DNA of 63,792 bases, filler included, from Octopus bimaculoides (GCF_001194135.2; 6 parts of 5 records of this genome joined end to end with filler, not necessarily neighbours in it); one strand, 5' to 3'. Numbered from the whole stretch's first letter, positions 40,415-53,917 are shown. The notes: generated by a model from the sequence alone, not told the origin. Program-made: numbers and translations.

Positions 40415-41454
40415 AAATTTGTTATTCACACAGATGCAGACTGTGTAGACAAAAATGTGAACATACGGACGTGACATCGGCATTTTCTTATGATGAAAAT
40501 GACAAAGTTGATATGTATGACAAAAAAAAGTGTCCACAAAATAACGAAGTCTAAATGAAGAGATGTGGCTGAGGGAAAAAGAAGCTGTCTATTGTAAGCA
40601 TTTAGACCCAGTCTCCAGTCTAAGAATAGCTTCCTCCTATCACTCTGGAAGACTATTATGAAAATGTTCACCTTCTAACTCAGACCAAGGCATTAAAAAA
40701 TAAGGATATGACAGACCCAGGATCAACAATGACTCTGTTAGACAGGTCAACCAAATGGCCCGTAACAACAGCAGCAGCAACAACATTGCTGTTGTTGAAC
40801 CGAAAGGATACAGAAGGTGGTAAATGGTATTGTATTGTCGTCAGCCAGGCCTATGCGATATCCGATATGCGTTGCACGCAGTCTTTCAAAGCCATATAGA
40901 ATATTTCTCAGTATATTTCTGTTTTTCAATTGAGTCAAAAATAGGCAGAACGTTTGAAGCGATAATGTGTCTCCTTAAAACATTTCTTCTCTTATGAGTA
41001 TCGTGTTGGTTCTTATTTTCTCTATTTGCTCTAGTGGGTTGTTAAGCATTTTAACATGACATAGTTGATGCACTCTTTTAGTGTTGGAGATGCTTCACTT
41101 CTGCGGAGTCTCTTTAATATTCAAGCATATGGGTATTACTATCAAATGCTATGATTTATTTCCATATTTTTGCTGCCTTCTGTAATATCTTGGTTCAACG
41201 TCAGATAATCTTTTAAAACCATACATGCCTTTCTGGCAGCCATTCTGCTATGCTTGTGATATATTGTGTTGAATCAGAAGCTTTGGAATATTTTGCTAAC
41301 TTATTTTCTTTATTCATCAACTTACAACAAAAGCAGCCTAACATTTAAAGTAGAGGCCATCATGTTGCACCATCTGAAGTCATTTTTCTGCCAGTTCTTT
41401 GATCCCATGCTGATACTAGTTCTTGTTCTTCAAAACAAAGAACTCCTTCACTGT

Positions 41455-41695
41455 TCCGATCCACGACTAACTTTCTGCGCCTCATCAACCAAGTAGAGGT
41501 GGAAACTTCAGTGAAAAACTTCTTCACCTCAAAAGACAAGAACTGGTATCAGCTTGAGATCAAAGAACTGGTACAAAAGTGACTTCAGACGGAGCAACAC
41601 TATGGACTCTACATTCAATGCTAGCCTGCTTTTGTTGACAAATAAAGGAAATTAGTTACCAAAATATTGAAAAATATTTAACTCAACACAATATT
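41455..41695 (+). mobile_element. Mariner transposase C-terminal remnant with degenerate TIR
   Basis: EVETSVKNFFTSKDKNWYQLEIKELVQK*LQTEQHYGLY, followed by TIR-like AACTCAACACAATA. Confidence 0.65.
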
Positions 41696-42084
41696 ATTAC
41701 CCTCTGTGTAAGTTACCAACCTGTTGTTATACTATGGATGTTATTGGCTTTGCATGTTATTGGTAAGCGAATTAGAGATATATGTATGAATGGTGTCTGG
41801 TGTTTTTGTGTTTGGGAATTAATGATGTTCTCCCTTTAGGAGCCATCCATGGGTTGATTACGGTCTGCTTAGCAATTCAATGAATGCTGTTGAGATATTT
41901 ATCTATGAAATTGAATAAGTATTGGGTATTATATCATAAAATTGTATAGGCATTGTATGTGTATAGGCCATTGAATTGTAAAGGTATAGATAATTGAATT
42001 TCTTAGGTTATAAGTCATTGAATCATACTTCATTGCATCATATAGATACATGTCTTATATGACATATATGAGTAAGTTTTTTTG

Positions 42085-42231
<147 letters not shown>

Positions 42232-42234
42232 TGC

Positions 42235-42440
42235 TATTGGCAGAATCGTTAGCACACTGGACGAAATGTTTAGCGGTATTTCGTCCATCGCTACGTTCTG
42301 AGTTCAAATTCCGCCGAGGTTGATTTTACCTTTCATCCTTTCGGCGTTGGTAAAATAAGTACCAGTTGAACACTGAGGTCGATGTAATGGACTCATCCCT
42401 TCCCCAATATTGCTGCTTTTGTGGAAAAATTTCAAACCAA

Positions 42441-42494
<54 letters not shown>

Positions 42495-43100
42495 CAAAGC
42501 GGCGAGCAGGCAGAACCTTTAGCTCGCCGAGCGAAATGCGTAGCGGTATTTCGCTCGTCGCTACGTTCTGAGTTCAAATTCCCATGCGGTCGACTTTGCC
42601 TTCCATCCTTTCGGGGTCGATTGAATAAGTACCAGTTACGCACTAAGCTCGATGTAATCGACTTAATCCCCTCCCACAAGATGCCCTTGTGGCAAAAATT
42701 TGAAATCGTTATTATTATTATTATTATTATGATTATTATTATTATGATTATTATTATTGGCCTATATAAGGTATATAGGTCATCAAATTTCATATTTATA
42801 TGTCACTGAATACTATAGTTTAATAAGGCCTTGTAATTATATTGGTATGAATGGGACACTACTCGAATATATTCTCTAGAATCAAGGCGGTGAGCTGGCA
42901 GAGTTGTTAGCAAACTAGACCAAATGCTTTTCATCCTCTTTATGTTCTGAGTTCAAATTTTACCGAGGTCTACTTTGACTTTTATACTTTCAAGGTCGAT
43001 AAAATATGATCAGTGCTCAACTGGCACATATTTTATCAATGAAAAAGACTTGATCCTTTCTCTAAAATTACTGGCCTTGTGCTACAATTTGAAATCAATT
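42235..43100 (+). mobile_element. Three head-to-tail SINE family B copies
   Basis: Copies at about 42235-42440, 42499-42710 and 42885-43100; the first two end in (TAT)n. Confidence 0.85.
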
Positions 43101-43582
43101 TTCCCTTGAATCACTATTTCAATCTAGTTTTTCAGTGATGCTCCAATAGGATGACGGGACTCCCTAGATCACTATAACATGTTATGACGAGGGTTAATTG
43201 TATTTTTTTAAATTTCTCTTTTTTTTTTTTTAATCAGTTCAACAGTAATGTTTTTATTTTACTTACGTTCGATGCCCGGTTACGCAGAGTCATGTTCATT
43301 CAGCCATCACACCTACCCCACAACCGCATTCTACCAATATACCACTAATTGGTAACGAAATTATGATGAGATATTTTCTGATAATAGAATGAGAATAAGT
43401 TATCAATCCGTTCTACATAACGAACCCGTCACTGTAGAAGGAGCAAATATTTTTCAAGTACACGAGTACATGGTTAATTACGAGAGACTTCTCAGTAAAG
43501 GAACTTGAAGATATATTCAAGTAGAATAAATTACAACGTAACGCTACACACGGACATAGATACTGCAGTAGCTGATTGTTAT

Positions 43583-43693
43583 TTAAATTATTCTCTTCGG
43601 CTAATTTATTCTCTCCAGCTAATTTATTCCTGCCAAGTAATTTATTCGCTCCAGCTAATTTATTTTCTTGGGATAATTTATTCTGCCCAGCTC
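43583..43693. repeat. 18-bp minisatellite (TAATTTATTCTCTCCAGC)-like, ~6 units
   Basis: TAATTTATT recurs every 18 bp. Confidence 0.85.
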
Positions 43694-44366
43694 GTGAGAG
43701 GTTGTCGTTCAATTATCACAATTTTGTCAGTTTTTGTTAGATAATATGTTACAACATTTAGCGGTGGGGTAAGGTGACAGGGGTGGATGGTAAAGGTACA
43801 AGTATAACGTCTTTAGTGAAGCCAATTTGCCATCTCACTATCGTGATTCCCTATAAAGACCACTTAAAGAATATCTCTAGTGCTTTTGAGAATGGAATAA
43901 ATATTACAATATTTCATTTGCCACGTTCTTATAAAGTTTAGAGATCATTATATAATTTAGCATGTTTTTTAAATACCATAATAATTATACTGAGTTTAAA
44001 ATATGTACCAATTTCTGTGGGAGTTTATAAACATGGGTGTATCTAAAGAATTGTACCGTTTATGAATATTTGTATATAGGTAATGTAATATTATATAGCT
44101 ATATACATATGCATGTGTAGAAGTGTGGGTGAGGGTCTGAGTGCGTATGTTTGCGTATCTGCGCAATTATTACATGATGTTTAATTAAGAAAATAACGAA
44201 GAAAAATATTTAATGAAAAACACAGCGAGTTGAAATATGGCAAACATTTGTACCAGAAAGGGAAACACTCGATGTACTGAGTGAGGTTAACATTATATAA
44301 TTTATTTAATTTCTGAAAGGAGAATAAATAAATGCACAAACAGATAAATAAAAACATAAATAATGT

Positions 44367-44397
<31 letters not shown>

Positions 44398-44444
44398 CGT
44401 GTGTGTGTGTGTGCGCGCGCATACGACGGACTTCCACACAAATT

Positions 44445-44665
44445 CTTATTTCTTTATTGCCCACAAGGGGCTAAATATAGAGGGTACAAACAAAGGGATT
44501 AAGCCGATTACATCGACCCCAGTGGGTAACTGGTACTTAATTTATCGACCCCGAAAGGATGAAAGGCAAAGTCGACCTCGGCGGAATTTGAACTCAGAAC
44601 GTAAAGACAGACGAAATACCGCTAAGCATTTCGCCCGGCGTGCTCACGATTCTGCCAGCTCGCCA
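44445..44665 (-). mobile_element. SINE family B, young copy
   Basis: Complete reverse complement of head and core; followed by a family A fragment to ~44770. Confidence 0.88.
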
Positions 44666-45013
44666 CAATTTCTGCCTATCAAATCTACTGATAAAGCATT
44701 GGTTAGCCCGGGGGTATGCAAGAAGTCACTTGCCCAAGGTGCCGCACAGTGAGATTGAACCCGAAACTATGTGACTGCATTATCTTTGGTCTTTTGTTTT
44801 TTTAGTGCAAATAGTGAACATTAGCATTATTCGGTACAGGTTTCTCGTAGAACAATTACTTGGTCACTACATGAGTGACAAGGCAGTATCTGTAGCTGGG
44901 CTGTACAAATGACACTTGGGATATTTTGTTATTAAAGAATGCTTTTTCTTACGGTTTTCTTGCCGATGTTTACATCTTTTTTCTATTTATATCGACGTAA
45001 GATATGCACATTT

Positions 45014-45093
<80 letters not shown>

Positions 45094-45212
45094 ACATACA
45101 CATGTATATACTTATATATTCACATACATGTAAATATGTATATATACTGTAACCACATGTGAATCGTTGGTGATTTTCTTCCTCCGTCTTCCTTACTATT
45201 GGACTTTCCTCA

Positions 45213-45248
45213 GTTTCTGAAGAAGAGCGCCTGCTCAAAACGTCAAAC
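45213..45248 (+). ncRNA. Minimal type I hammerhead-ribozyme-like motif (G12>A variant)
   Basis: GTTT-CTGAAGA-A-GAGC(GCCT)GCTC-AAAA-CGTC-AAAC: stem I GTTT/AAAC, CUGANGA core, stem II GAGC/GCTC, palindromic ACGT stem III, GUC triplet. GAAA reads AAAA. Confidence 0.6.
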
Positions 45249-48200
45249 CATCTTTCTTTCCTTCCTTAGCATCTGCTAATACTTTACGTGTACCACGTCC
45301 TCGCGTTGTGTTTTTTTTTGTGTTTGTTCTTTTTCTATTTATTGGATTTACTTATAGAATCACTCAATTTAATAATATTGTGGATCGTTATCTATTTATT
45401 CTATATCCTTTTTCCTGAAAACTCCGCAATTCGGGACGGATCTTGGTACCAAGATAGTAATAAATGTCAGGAACTACCACTTGTACAACTTTTACTGTGT
45501 CCAAATTTCGACATAGGATCTATAATTGAGCTGATGAAGTCTCTCCTGAAGTAATTTAGACTTTGAAAGCGTATCTCAGCAAGTCTGATACACAAACGGC
45601 AAGAACATGATAGGAATTTTCATAGAATTCGATTTTAGCACCAGTCTTAGCACTAAGTAAAATTATACTTCATGTGTTAAACATAACACTATTTTTTAGA
45701 TAAAATCAAGAAAACCATTAGAAATCTTACATCAATAAATACAATTTCTAATTTATCCTCAACCCAGACATTTGCAACAGAGCTGCTTTCAATTAAAAAC
45801 GATGCACTATAAAGAAGCCAGTTTAATGATTAACTCACAAAGAAGGAACATCTCCATAACTAAAACGGAACCACCTGTATAGTAATACATCAAACATTTC
45901 CAACATTAATAAATTTAAGGGGAGCTTCTTTTTTTTTACATGAAATTATTTACCGTGTTACAACTTAAAAATACTCACATAGACAGTCTTCATCACAACA
46001 GCCAACTTGTAACTGCATTGATCTCTTAGTTTTCCTACACAGAGGATATGTCTATCCGAAGCGATGGTATACTGTAACAAAGCGACTATAACACTTTTTG
46101 GTGTTGTTCTAAGGGACAATTTAGATTCCACAGGAAACGCTTTTAAAGACGCAAGCTATCAATATCTACACTCATTCATATCAAATGACAAAGAAAGCAT
46201 TCCTTCATCGTCCTGATTCTTTTGGAAACCATTGAAATGGAATATTATGGACGTAGCCACCTCATACAAAGCTGCAGGCTTTGCTTCACAGAGGTATTCG
46301 AAATCCGCCGGACAAATGATTGTAAGTACTATAAACCATGTTAAGAGACAATTCCTTCTGAACAATTACTACTCTTGGACATTCGATATGTTCTAAATAC
46401 TGCAGTACAGCTATTCTTTTATAATCACTACTCAGATATGAGTACTTTCCCTTACGCTGAAGTAATCAACGCTATCAGTAGCCATATCACGTGAGAAACT
46501 AACAACCAACTAAACAGTATAGAGAAATAAGAATCTGTGCAGCAGATGCCCTTTAAATACATCACTTGTTTGTATAATTTGATCGAGAGGGTGTGTACAA
46601 AGCACTGAGTAACCAAAGCCTGAACCATGAACGGATCCGATTTGTGTGTGTGTATGCGCGCGCCTGTGTATGTTTATGTACATGCACATATCAATATACA
46701 GCTAATTATATACACACCTGCATACACTGACACATGCATGCACGCACATGTACATGCATCAACATTTGTGTGTATGCATGTAGATGCGCCCACATATTTA
46801 TGCATGTATATACATACATACAGACAGACAAATAAATAAATAAATAAATAAATAAATAAATGGAGTTAAACTTCCCCTAAATATCCACTTCCATCCCTTT
46901 AAGCTTATTCGTGTATGGTTTTGCATGTGCTTGTGTATATGTGTATGTATATATTTGGCTATTGTTTCTAGCAGATAGAGTGACCGTGTAGCGTTTCATC
47001 GTTGTCTTGTTGTTGTGCTATTGCAAATGCTGCTGCTCCTGTTGCTATTTCTGGTGCAACTGCAGCTGTGCCGTTGTTATTTAACCCCCAGATCAGCAGT
47101 GATCCTGTATATTTATGGATCAAATACATTCCAGATATGACCAGCCGTAATTAAGGCTACATAATTATCCAAAGTGTCGTAGATTTTATTGAAGACAAAA
47201 GGATGTGATACGAGGGAGATTTAGTTGTTAATTCTCGCAAGTTCAGCAGCCACATAGAGATTCAATGTTTTTCTATTGGTAATAATGCTATTGGTGACGA
47301 TGGTGGCCGTGGTCGTCGTGGTACTGGTGGTGTTTGAGTGGTTGTTGTGACGATGGGGCGGTAATGCAATTGCATGGAAACGAACGGAATAGAGTGCTTA
47401 CACAAAACTGTTGTACAGTAGCAAGGCTCGAATAGTTTATTCACAACATCTAGCGATTTACATATCTCCCTATCGACAATCTGCATTATTAAACGTATAT
47501 AGATGCAAAAACCTTCTATGTAGCATTGTATAGAAATGGCAACATTGCCATAATGTATATGCCTGTTTTTTATCTTGCACTAGCTGTAGTTTAGATGGGA
47601 AACGGCACTTAAGAGTTGTGTATCTGCTCTGTTGAGTCACATGCTGACTCAAACTTTCCTTCAAATTTTTGTCTGCCGAAATGGTCCCATAGCGGCATCA
47701 TTCCTTTATAAATTATTTCATTTTGTCTACACAGCAGATACGAGCTTCTCTCTTTTATTGGCTGTTCTCAACCTTTCAACCTAAATCCCTCTTATTCATA
47801 AGACACACGCTGTTTCTCGCTTTCTTTCCTTCTACCTCATCTTCTCCCTTTTCCCTTCTTCCTCTACCTCGCTCCTTGCCTAATTCGTCATTGCAACCAC
47901 CATTCACTATTTACTGTGATCGATCTAACTATAGTCATTTCTGACATAATCCGTCACACCATGCCACTTTTACCGCACACGTTGGCTTAAAGATGCACTC
48001 AACAGAAGCGAAACTTATTCGGATTATATAGTTAGTTGTACTTCATGTAAAAGAAGGCCATTCTTTTAGTTTTAAACAGAAAAGCAATAATATAGCAACG
48101 TAGATTATACTCTAAACGATGAATCTATTCTCGAGATATAAATACAATGCCTGTAAACTTACATTTACTCATTGGTCACAGGAGGAGAAAGTTTTCAAGT

Positions 48201-48333
48201 ATTTTGGATGAATTTAGAAGACTTATTAAAAAAAATAACGCGCGCACGCATACACACACACACACACTCACACATGTACACAGAAAAAATAGGTATATAA
48301 GTATATGTATATAAGTATATACATATACATATA

Positions 48334-48370
<37 letters not shown>

Positions 48371-48529
48371 GTATGTATATATGCATATATATATTCTTTA
48401 TATTTTATATATATAGCCGGCCGCCAACACTTTTTTCTGCAAAATAGGGTTAGCTTATCCTGTTCAGGCTATATTATTTGCATTATCCTGCGTTTGAGAA
48501 TTTAAAAATCACTTCTTTAACTTTATTAT

Positions 48530-48728
48530 TTCTTTACTGCCCACAAGGGGCTACACACAGAGAGGAGAAGACAAACAAGGACAGACAAACGGATTAAGTT
48601 GATTATATCGACCCCAGTGCGTAACTGGCACTTAATTTATCGACCCCGAAAAGATGAAAGGCAAAGTCGACCTCGGCGGAATTTGAACTCAAAACGTAAC
48701 GGCAGACGAAATACCGCTAACCATTTCG
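48530..48728 (-). mobile_element. SINE family B copy (runs into gap)
   Basis: Near-identical to 44445-44640. Confidence 0.88.
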
Positions 48729-48880
48729 NNNNNNNNNNNNNNNNNNNNNNNNNNNNNNNNNNNNNNNNNNNNNNNNNNNNNNNNNNNNNNNNNNNNNNNN
48801 NNNNNNNNNNNNNNNNNNNNNNNNNNNNNNNNNNNNNNNNNNNNNNNNNNNNNNNNNNNNNNNNNNNNNNNNNNNNNNNN

Positions 48881-48928
<48 letters not shown>

Positions 48929-49198
48929 GTATACATGTATATAAATACATCATATATACAAACAGACAGACAGACAGATACATACATACATGCATACATA
49001 CATACTTACACTTATCACGTGTATTGAAGATACGACACCTAGTGGTAAGGTAGTTATAACCTCGTGAGCTCAATTCCTAGATCGGGTGGGGCGTGTTTTG
49101 GCTTTGCACGAGGCTTTTTTTTTTTCGCACGTTGCTCCGGTCTACCGAAAGTGACTACCAGCTTTGTGCTAGTACATCTTAACACAACCTAGATATAT

Positions 49199-49483
49199 AA
49201 CAGCGGTAACAGAATGACTCAGGTCCGAGAGTTTCGTGTGTTGGCACTTACCAAACTTGTTAGAGGTTGAAGAGATGTGTGTTTATATAGCTGGGTATAA
49301 ATGTAATTCCCTCTGATTTGTTCTAGACCGAATTTTAAAACCATAATAATGATGATTTTAAAATTCGATCTATTATAGAACAATCGCAAGCTATATGAAC
49401 TGACAGGTCTTCGATCTGTAACTCGTCTGGTAAGTGCGAACGCACGAAACCTTCGAACCTTGAGTCACTCTATTACTACTGTT
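49199..49483. mobile_element. ~285-bp imperfect palindrome (MITE-like hairpin)
   Basis: AACAGCGGTAACAGAATGACTC..GTTTCGTGTGTTGGCACTTACCA pairs with TGGTAAGTGCGAACGCACGAAAC..GAGTCACTCTATTACTACTGTT; centre CGAATTTTAAAACCAT-N7-ATGATTTTAAAATTCG. Confidence 0.8.
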
Positions 49484-49592
49484 AAATGTTAGTAAATATA
49501 TATATATATATATATTCATGCATGTGTGCGTGTGTGTTTTTGGCGTGTGTGTGTGTAAATATATATATATATGTTTATACGTAAATACATAC

Positions 49593-49629
<37 letters not shown>

Positions 49630-50045
49630 NNNNNNNNNNNNNNNNNNNNNNNNNNNNNNNNNNNNNNNNNNNNNNNNNNNNNNNNNNNNNNNNNNNNNNN
49701 NNNNNNNNNNNNNNNNNNNNNNNNNNNNNNNNNNNNNNNNNNNNNNNNNNNNNNNNNNNNNNNNNNNNNNNNNNNNNNNNNNNNNNNNNNNNNNNNNNNN
49801 NNNNNNNNNNNNNNNNNNNNNNNNNNNNNNNNNNNNNNNNNNNNNNNNNNNNNNNNNNNNNNNNNNNNNNNNNNNNNNNNNNNNNNNNNNNNNNNNNNNN
49901 NNNNATATGCATGCATGTATGTATGTATGTATGTATGTATGCATGCATGCTTGTATTCAACATGTGAACCGTTAATCCAAACAGATGCTTTCTTCTCTTT
50001 CTCCGTTCTGTTTTCCTCTCTCCATCTGTTTTCTCTCTTCATTCC

Positions 50046-50080
50046 CTTCTATAGAAGAACGTAGGCTCGAAACGTTGAAG
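50046..50080 (+). ncRNA. Degenerate hammerhead-like motif in a pyrimidine-rich interspersed repeat
   Basis: CTT-CTATAGA-A-GAAC(GTAG)GCTC-GAAA-CGT-TGAAG: same layout as 45213-45248 with intact GAAACGT but two core mismatches. Confidence 0.4.
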
Positions 50081-50199
50081 ACTTATTCATCTTTCTTGAG
50101 TGTCAAACTAATACACCTTGTTTGTTGTTCCCTCCACCTGTCTCTGTCTTATTATTTTTTTGTACAATTTTGAACCATGTGCGTGTGTGTGTGTGTGTG

Positions 50200-50232
<33 letters not shown>

Positions 50233-51443
50233 CCTTAAAATATCTAGGTTGTGGAGCAAACAATCGAAATACTCTTTATGATGACGATAGTTGTAAATTT
50301 AATACGGAATAACATACATGTATAAAACTAGAAATCTTACGAGGCAGAAAAACAAAGCGATAAAAAAAATTAATACTTTTATTTATTTTATTCATTTATT
50401 TTTGTAAAATAAAGAGATAATTTGTAAAAGAATGGAAGACGAGTTTGTCAGATATTTTTTTCCCTTTTAGTTGAGAAACTTAGCTAAATTTATTTTATTA
50501 AATGTTTTTATTTAGTAATTTTTTTAAAGTAGTTATTTATCTATTGGGATAGTGGAGTGGAGAAAGAGAGAGAGAGAGAGGTGACATAGTTTTATTTATT
50601 TATATATTTATAGCTTATTTCTGCGCCCAGGACACGGCAATTATTCGGAATAGCTTGGAATCACTGCCTGGAAATAATGTCTAGCTATCCAGGAAGAGTG
50701 GAACGAAGCTGTTTAATAGTTAGAAGGAATAGGCAAGCAAATAGCTTAAGCTTACACGTCAATGTCACGACCGATGCTGTTTACACTCAGGGCAAAAGAA
50801 CTAGTATAATGTAATATAAAAATAAATACGAAAAAATCCTGCCTGTTTTATTAAATAGCAGCTTAATGAGGCACGATTAACGGTTAGATTCGAGTCCCGA
50901 GGAATTAAGATTCTAGCAAATTTTCTCTTGCTAAAATGCAAACAACTAAGAAGTTCTTTCTATGCACTGACAAGCCGTACCATTGTAGTGAACGTCTGAC
51001 AGGATTCACTCAGAACTACTTTATTACTTCGAATAGGGGACATTTGGTAGACCCTAGGGGTTAATCAAAATATAAAGGAAGAAATTGAATTGCAAATAAG
51101 CTTTTGTATTTGAATATATTGTCAAAGAACGAACAAATCTCTTTGGGTATTAAATTAGTCGGAAAGAATTCGCCATTGTAGCAGTCGCTGCTGCTGTTGT
51201 TGTTAAACTTACCATCGTCATCATCATCATCAACATCATCCTCAGTATTGCCAATATTATTATTGTTATCATTATTGTTGTTATCGTTATTTTTTGTTGT
51301 TGTTGTTGTTAGCATTATTGTTGCTGCTGCAGTTGCTGTCGTTGTGGCAGTTATTCTTATTATTCATGTGCTTCTTACTGCGGTTGATGTTGTGGCTGTT
51401 GTTATTGTTGTGATTACTGCTTGTAGTTACTTCTTTTTTTCAA

Positions 51444-51511
<68 letters not shown>

Positions 51512-51937
51512 GATGATGATGATAATGGTGATGGTGATGATGGTGATGNNNNNNNNNNNNNNNNNNNNNNNNNNNNNNNNNNNNNNNNNNNNTTAATTAA
51601 TTAANNNNNNNNNNNNNNNNNNNNNNNNNNNNNNNNNNNNNNNNNNNNTAATTGAACTAAGTTTTTTTATATCACCTATCACTTAATGCATGCACATAAG
51701 TGTAATTCTGTGAAATATTCATACTTATTTACATGGCAGATATATGCAATTTAACTAAAGGTTGTATCATTTGTACTACAAGATATCTTGCTTTGTTTAT
51801 GGGAAAAATGGAAAAATAAGAGTGAATATTTATTTCATGAGTGTTGTGTATTAAATCTATAAAATTGTGCATAAAGTATATAAAGTGTATATATAAAGTG
51901 CATTAAGTAATCATCATATTCCAATTTCTTTCACTTT

Positions 51938-52072
51938 TCAATGAGTAGCAGATGAGCAACTATCTTTCCATATGGACACAACACAGGCTACACTTTCAAG
52001 TTTTTTAAATAAAGATTTCAGAAATAACTCAATAGATTTACCATTAATTCCATGAAATATATATGGGTCTCG
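51938..52072 (-). CDS. Uncharacterised gene, putative terminal exon
   Basis: Long polypyrimidine tract plus TAG acceptor; phase 0 RDPYIFHGINGKSIELFLKSLFKKLESVACVVSIWKDSCSSATH*; AATAAA on the - strand at 51829-51834. Confidence 0.65.
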   Translation of the reverse strand, partial: RDPYIFHGINGKSIELFLKSLFKKLESVACVVSIWKDSCSSATH

Positions 52073-52407
52073 CTAGTAAGAATAAATAGTATAAAAATGA
52101 AAAAGAAAAATAAACACTAACAGAGTACACAATCTGTATTTATGTTGTAGTTTGGGGAAAGTTTTTTTTTAGGTGAGGTATGAGTAAAATAAAGAGAATA
52201 ATTAACCTAGAAAAAAATTAAGAAATACTAAATATTATTAGGTATATAATTTAAAAGGGAGATCTGTTAATTAGGCTATATGATTTATCAACAAAATTTC
52301 AATAATATTTATGGGTTAAAAAAAAAGAGATGGATACCACTATATTAATACATTTATATAAAATATTTAATTGAATTTTGTTTAAAGTATATTTCATTAA
52401 AAATTAC

Positions 52408-52506
52408 CTGTGTAATGCATTGGTTCAAGTAATATAAACTATGTGCAACATAATCTAAGAATTTATCATCATTCAAACAATGATCGCAAGTAGTTAAATT
52501 GAGGTT
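52408..52506 (-). CDS. Uncharacterised gene, internal exon
   Basis: tttattatttag| acceptor and CAG|GTAATT donor; 99 nt, phase 0-0, NLNLTTCDHCLNDDKFLDYVAHSLYYLNQCITQ; joins the terminal exon in frame. Confidence 0.68.
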
Positions 52507-52876
52507 CTAAATAATAAATAATAAGAAAAATAAATATGAATTTACTGTCATTTTTACTTTAAGATACACTACTAATTATTCTAATTAAAATGCAATGGCA
52601 ACAATTCCCAGTAATAATACTCCAAGTAAAGTCATTATACCAGTTTATAATATAGGATAGTCTTTCTGACCTTTGGGTAAATCTTATGTAATTCGTCAAA
52701 TTTGTTAAAAGGATTCTTTTTACATGGTAAGATTTTCAGTATTTCCGTGTACCACAAAGAACCACCTCAGTCACCATTGAAGTGTAGCATAGCATTTCTT
52801 ATAGATCACAAAATTGTGTAATCAATATCCAGTCTTTTTCATTTCCAAAATCAATTTGAAGCTATTGATCTTAGTG

Positions 52877-52958
<82 letters not shown>

Positions 52959-53317
52959 TCTCTCTGAAAGACCAGATTCAAAGCCAAAACTATAAATTTA
53001 TAAATAATATATAATATCCTTAGTTAAACATTTATTATTCAGAAGGCACTAAGTTGGTTTTCTGAGGTTACACAACTTCTTATTTGTTGGTAATATATTA
53101 ATAAGAAATACATTACCAGTATTATTATCACAATTGTAGCTGTTATAACTACTACTATTATTATTATTGTCTATTGTTATTCACCTGATTTTCCTATATA
53201 TTTAGATTTGTGACTACATATTTAAATTGTATATTTAGATTGTGACTACATATTTAGACTATATATTTAAATCGTGACTAAAATCATTGCTAACAATATA
53301 ATTATTATTAATCATAC

Positions 53318-53773
53318 AGTTGGGTTCATTATAGCTACTGTGCTCAAACAGATGTTGATAAGGATTGTTTTGCTACTACCCAAGTAAAATTTCATATGTT
53401 GCACATTATCAGCAACATTACAGTTTTCATAGTAATTGACACTCTTGCTATCTATTATGCAAGCATTGTTAGAGTTGATAAAAGAAGAATTTACCATTAT
53501 GGTAACTACATTGAGAGTGTGTTTTATTATATCTTCTTCTCTACCAACATTTGATACTTGGATTTTGGAATAAAGTTTAGGAAAAAGAATAGAGTTTCTC
53601 TTTATGTTTGTACATACATTATTCTTATTCTGGAATAAAGTTTTCATTTTATAATAGTTAATAACGGCGTTGTTATCAGCCAAGGTAGGTGTGGTTGAAT
53701 ATGAATGTTTAATTGTGCATGTATTAAAAATCATCCCATATTTGCAAGAGGGCAAGAAATTATACTCTAAAGC
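53318..53773 (-). CDS. Uncharacterised gene, large N/S-rich exon
   Basis: 152 stop-free codons in ~70% AT DNA (unlikely by chance); tttttcaag| acceptor, ACT|GTATGA donor, phase 0-0. Confidence 0.62.
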
Positions 53774-53872
53774 CTTGAAAAAGTTTTAGCTATTTGTGTA
53801 ACTAAATTTATTATGTAAGGAAGATTATATCACAATTGCTCTCTTTCACTCTCTCCCTCCCTCTCTCTCTCA

Positions 53873-53917
<45 letters not shown>

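Noticed and set aside
40175-40900. ORFs 40175-40474 and 40708-40899
   Set aside because: No recognisable domain; includes (GAAA)n and (CAG/CAA)n low-complexity sequence.
43413-43712. ORF with NKLAGE-like hexapeptide repeats
   Set aside because: Consequence of an 18-bp minisatellite; no other coding evidence.
50960-51025. KPYHCSE..GFTQ resembling a C2H2 zinc-finger linker
   Set aside because: A single partial match lacking the second Cys and both His residues; probably chance.
52676-52770. Candidate exon GSLWYTEILKILPCKKNPFNKFDELHKIYPK with an AAG|GTCAGA donor
   Set aside because: No credible polypyrimidine acceptor, and the flanking exons already join in phase without it.
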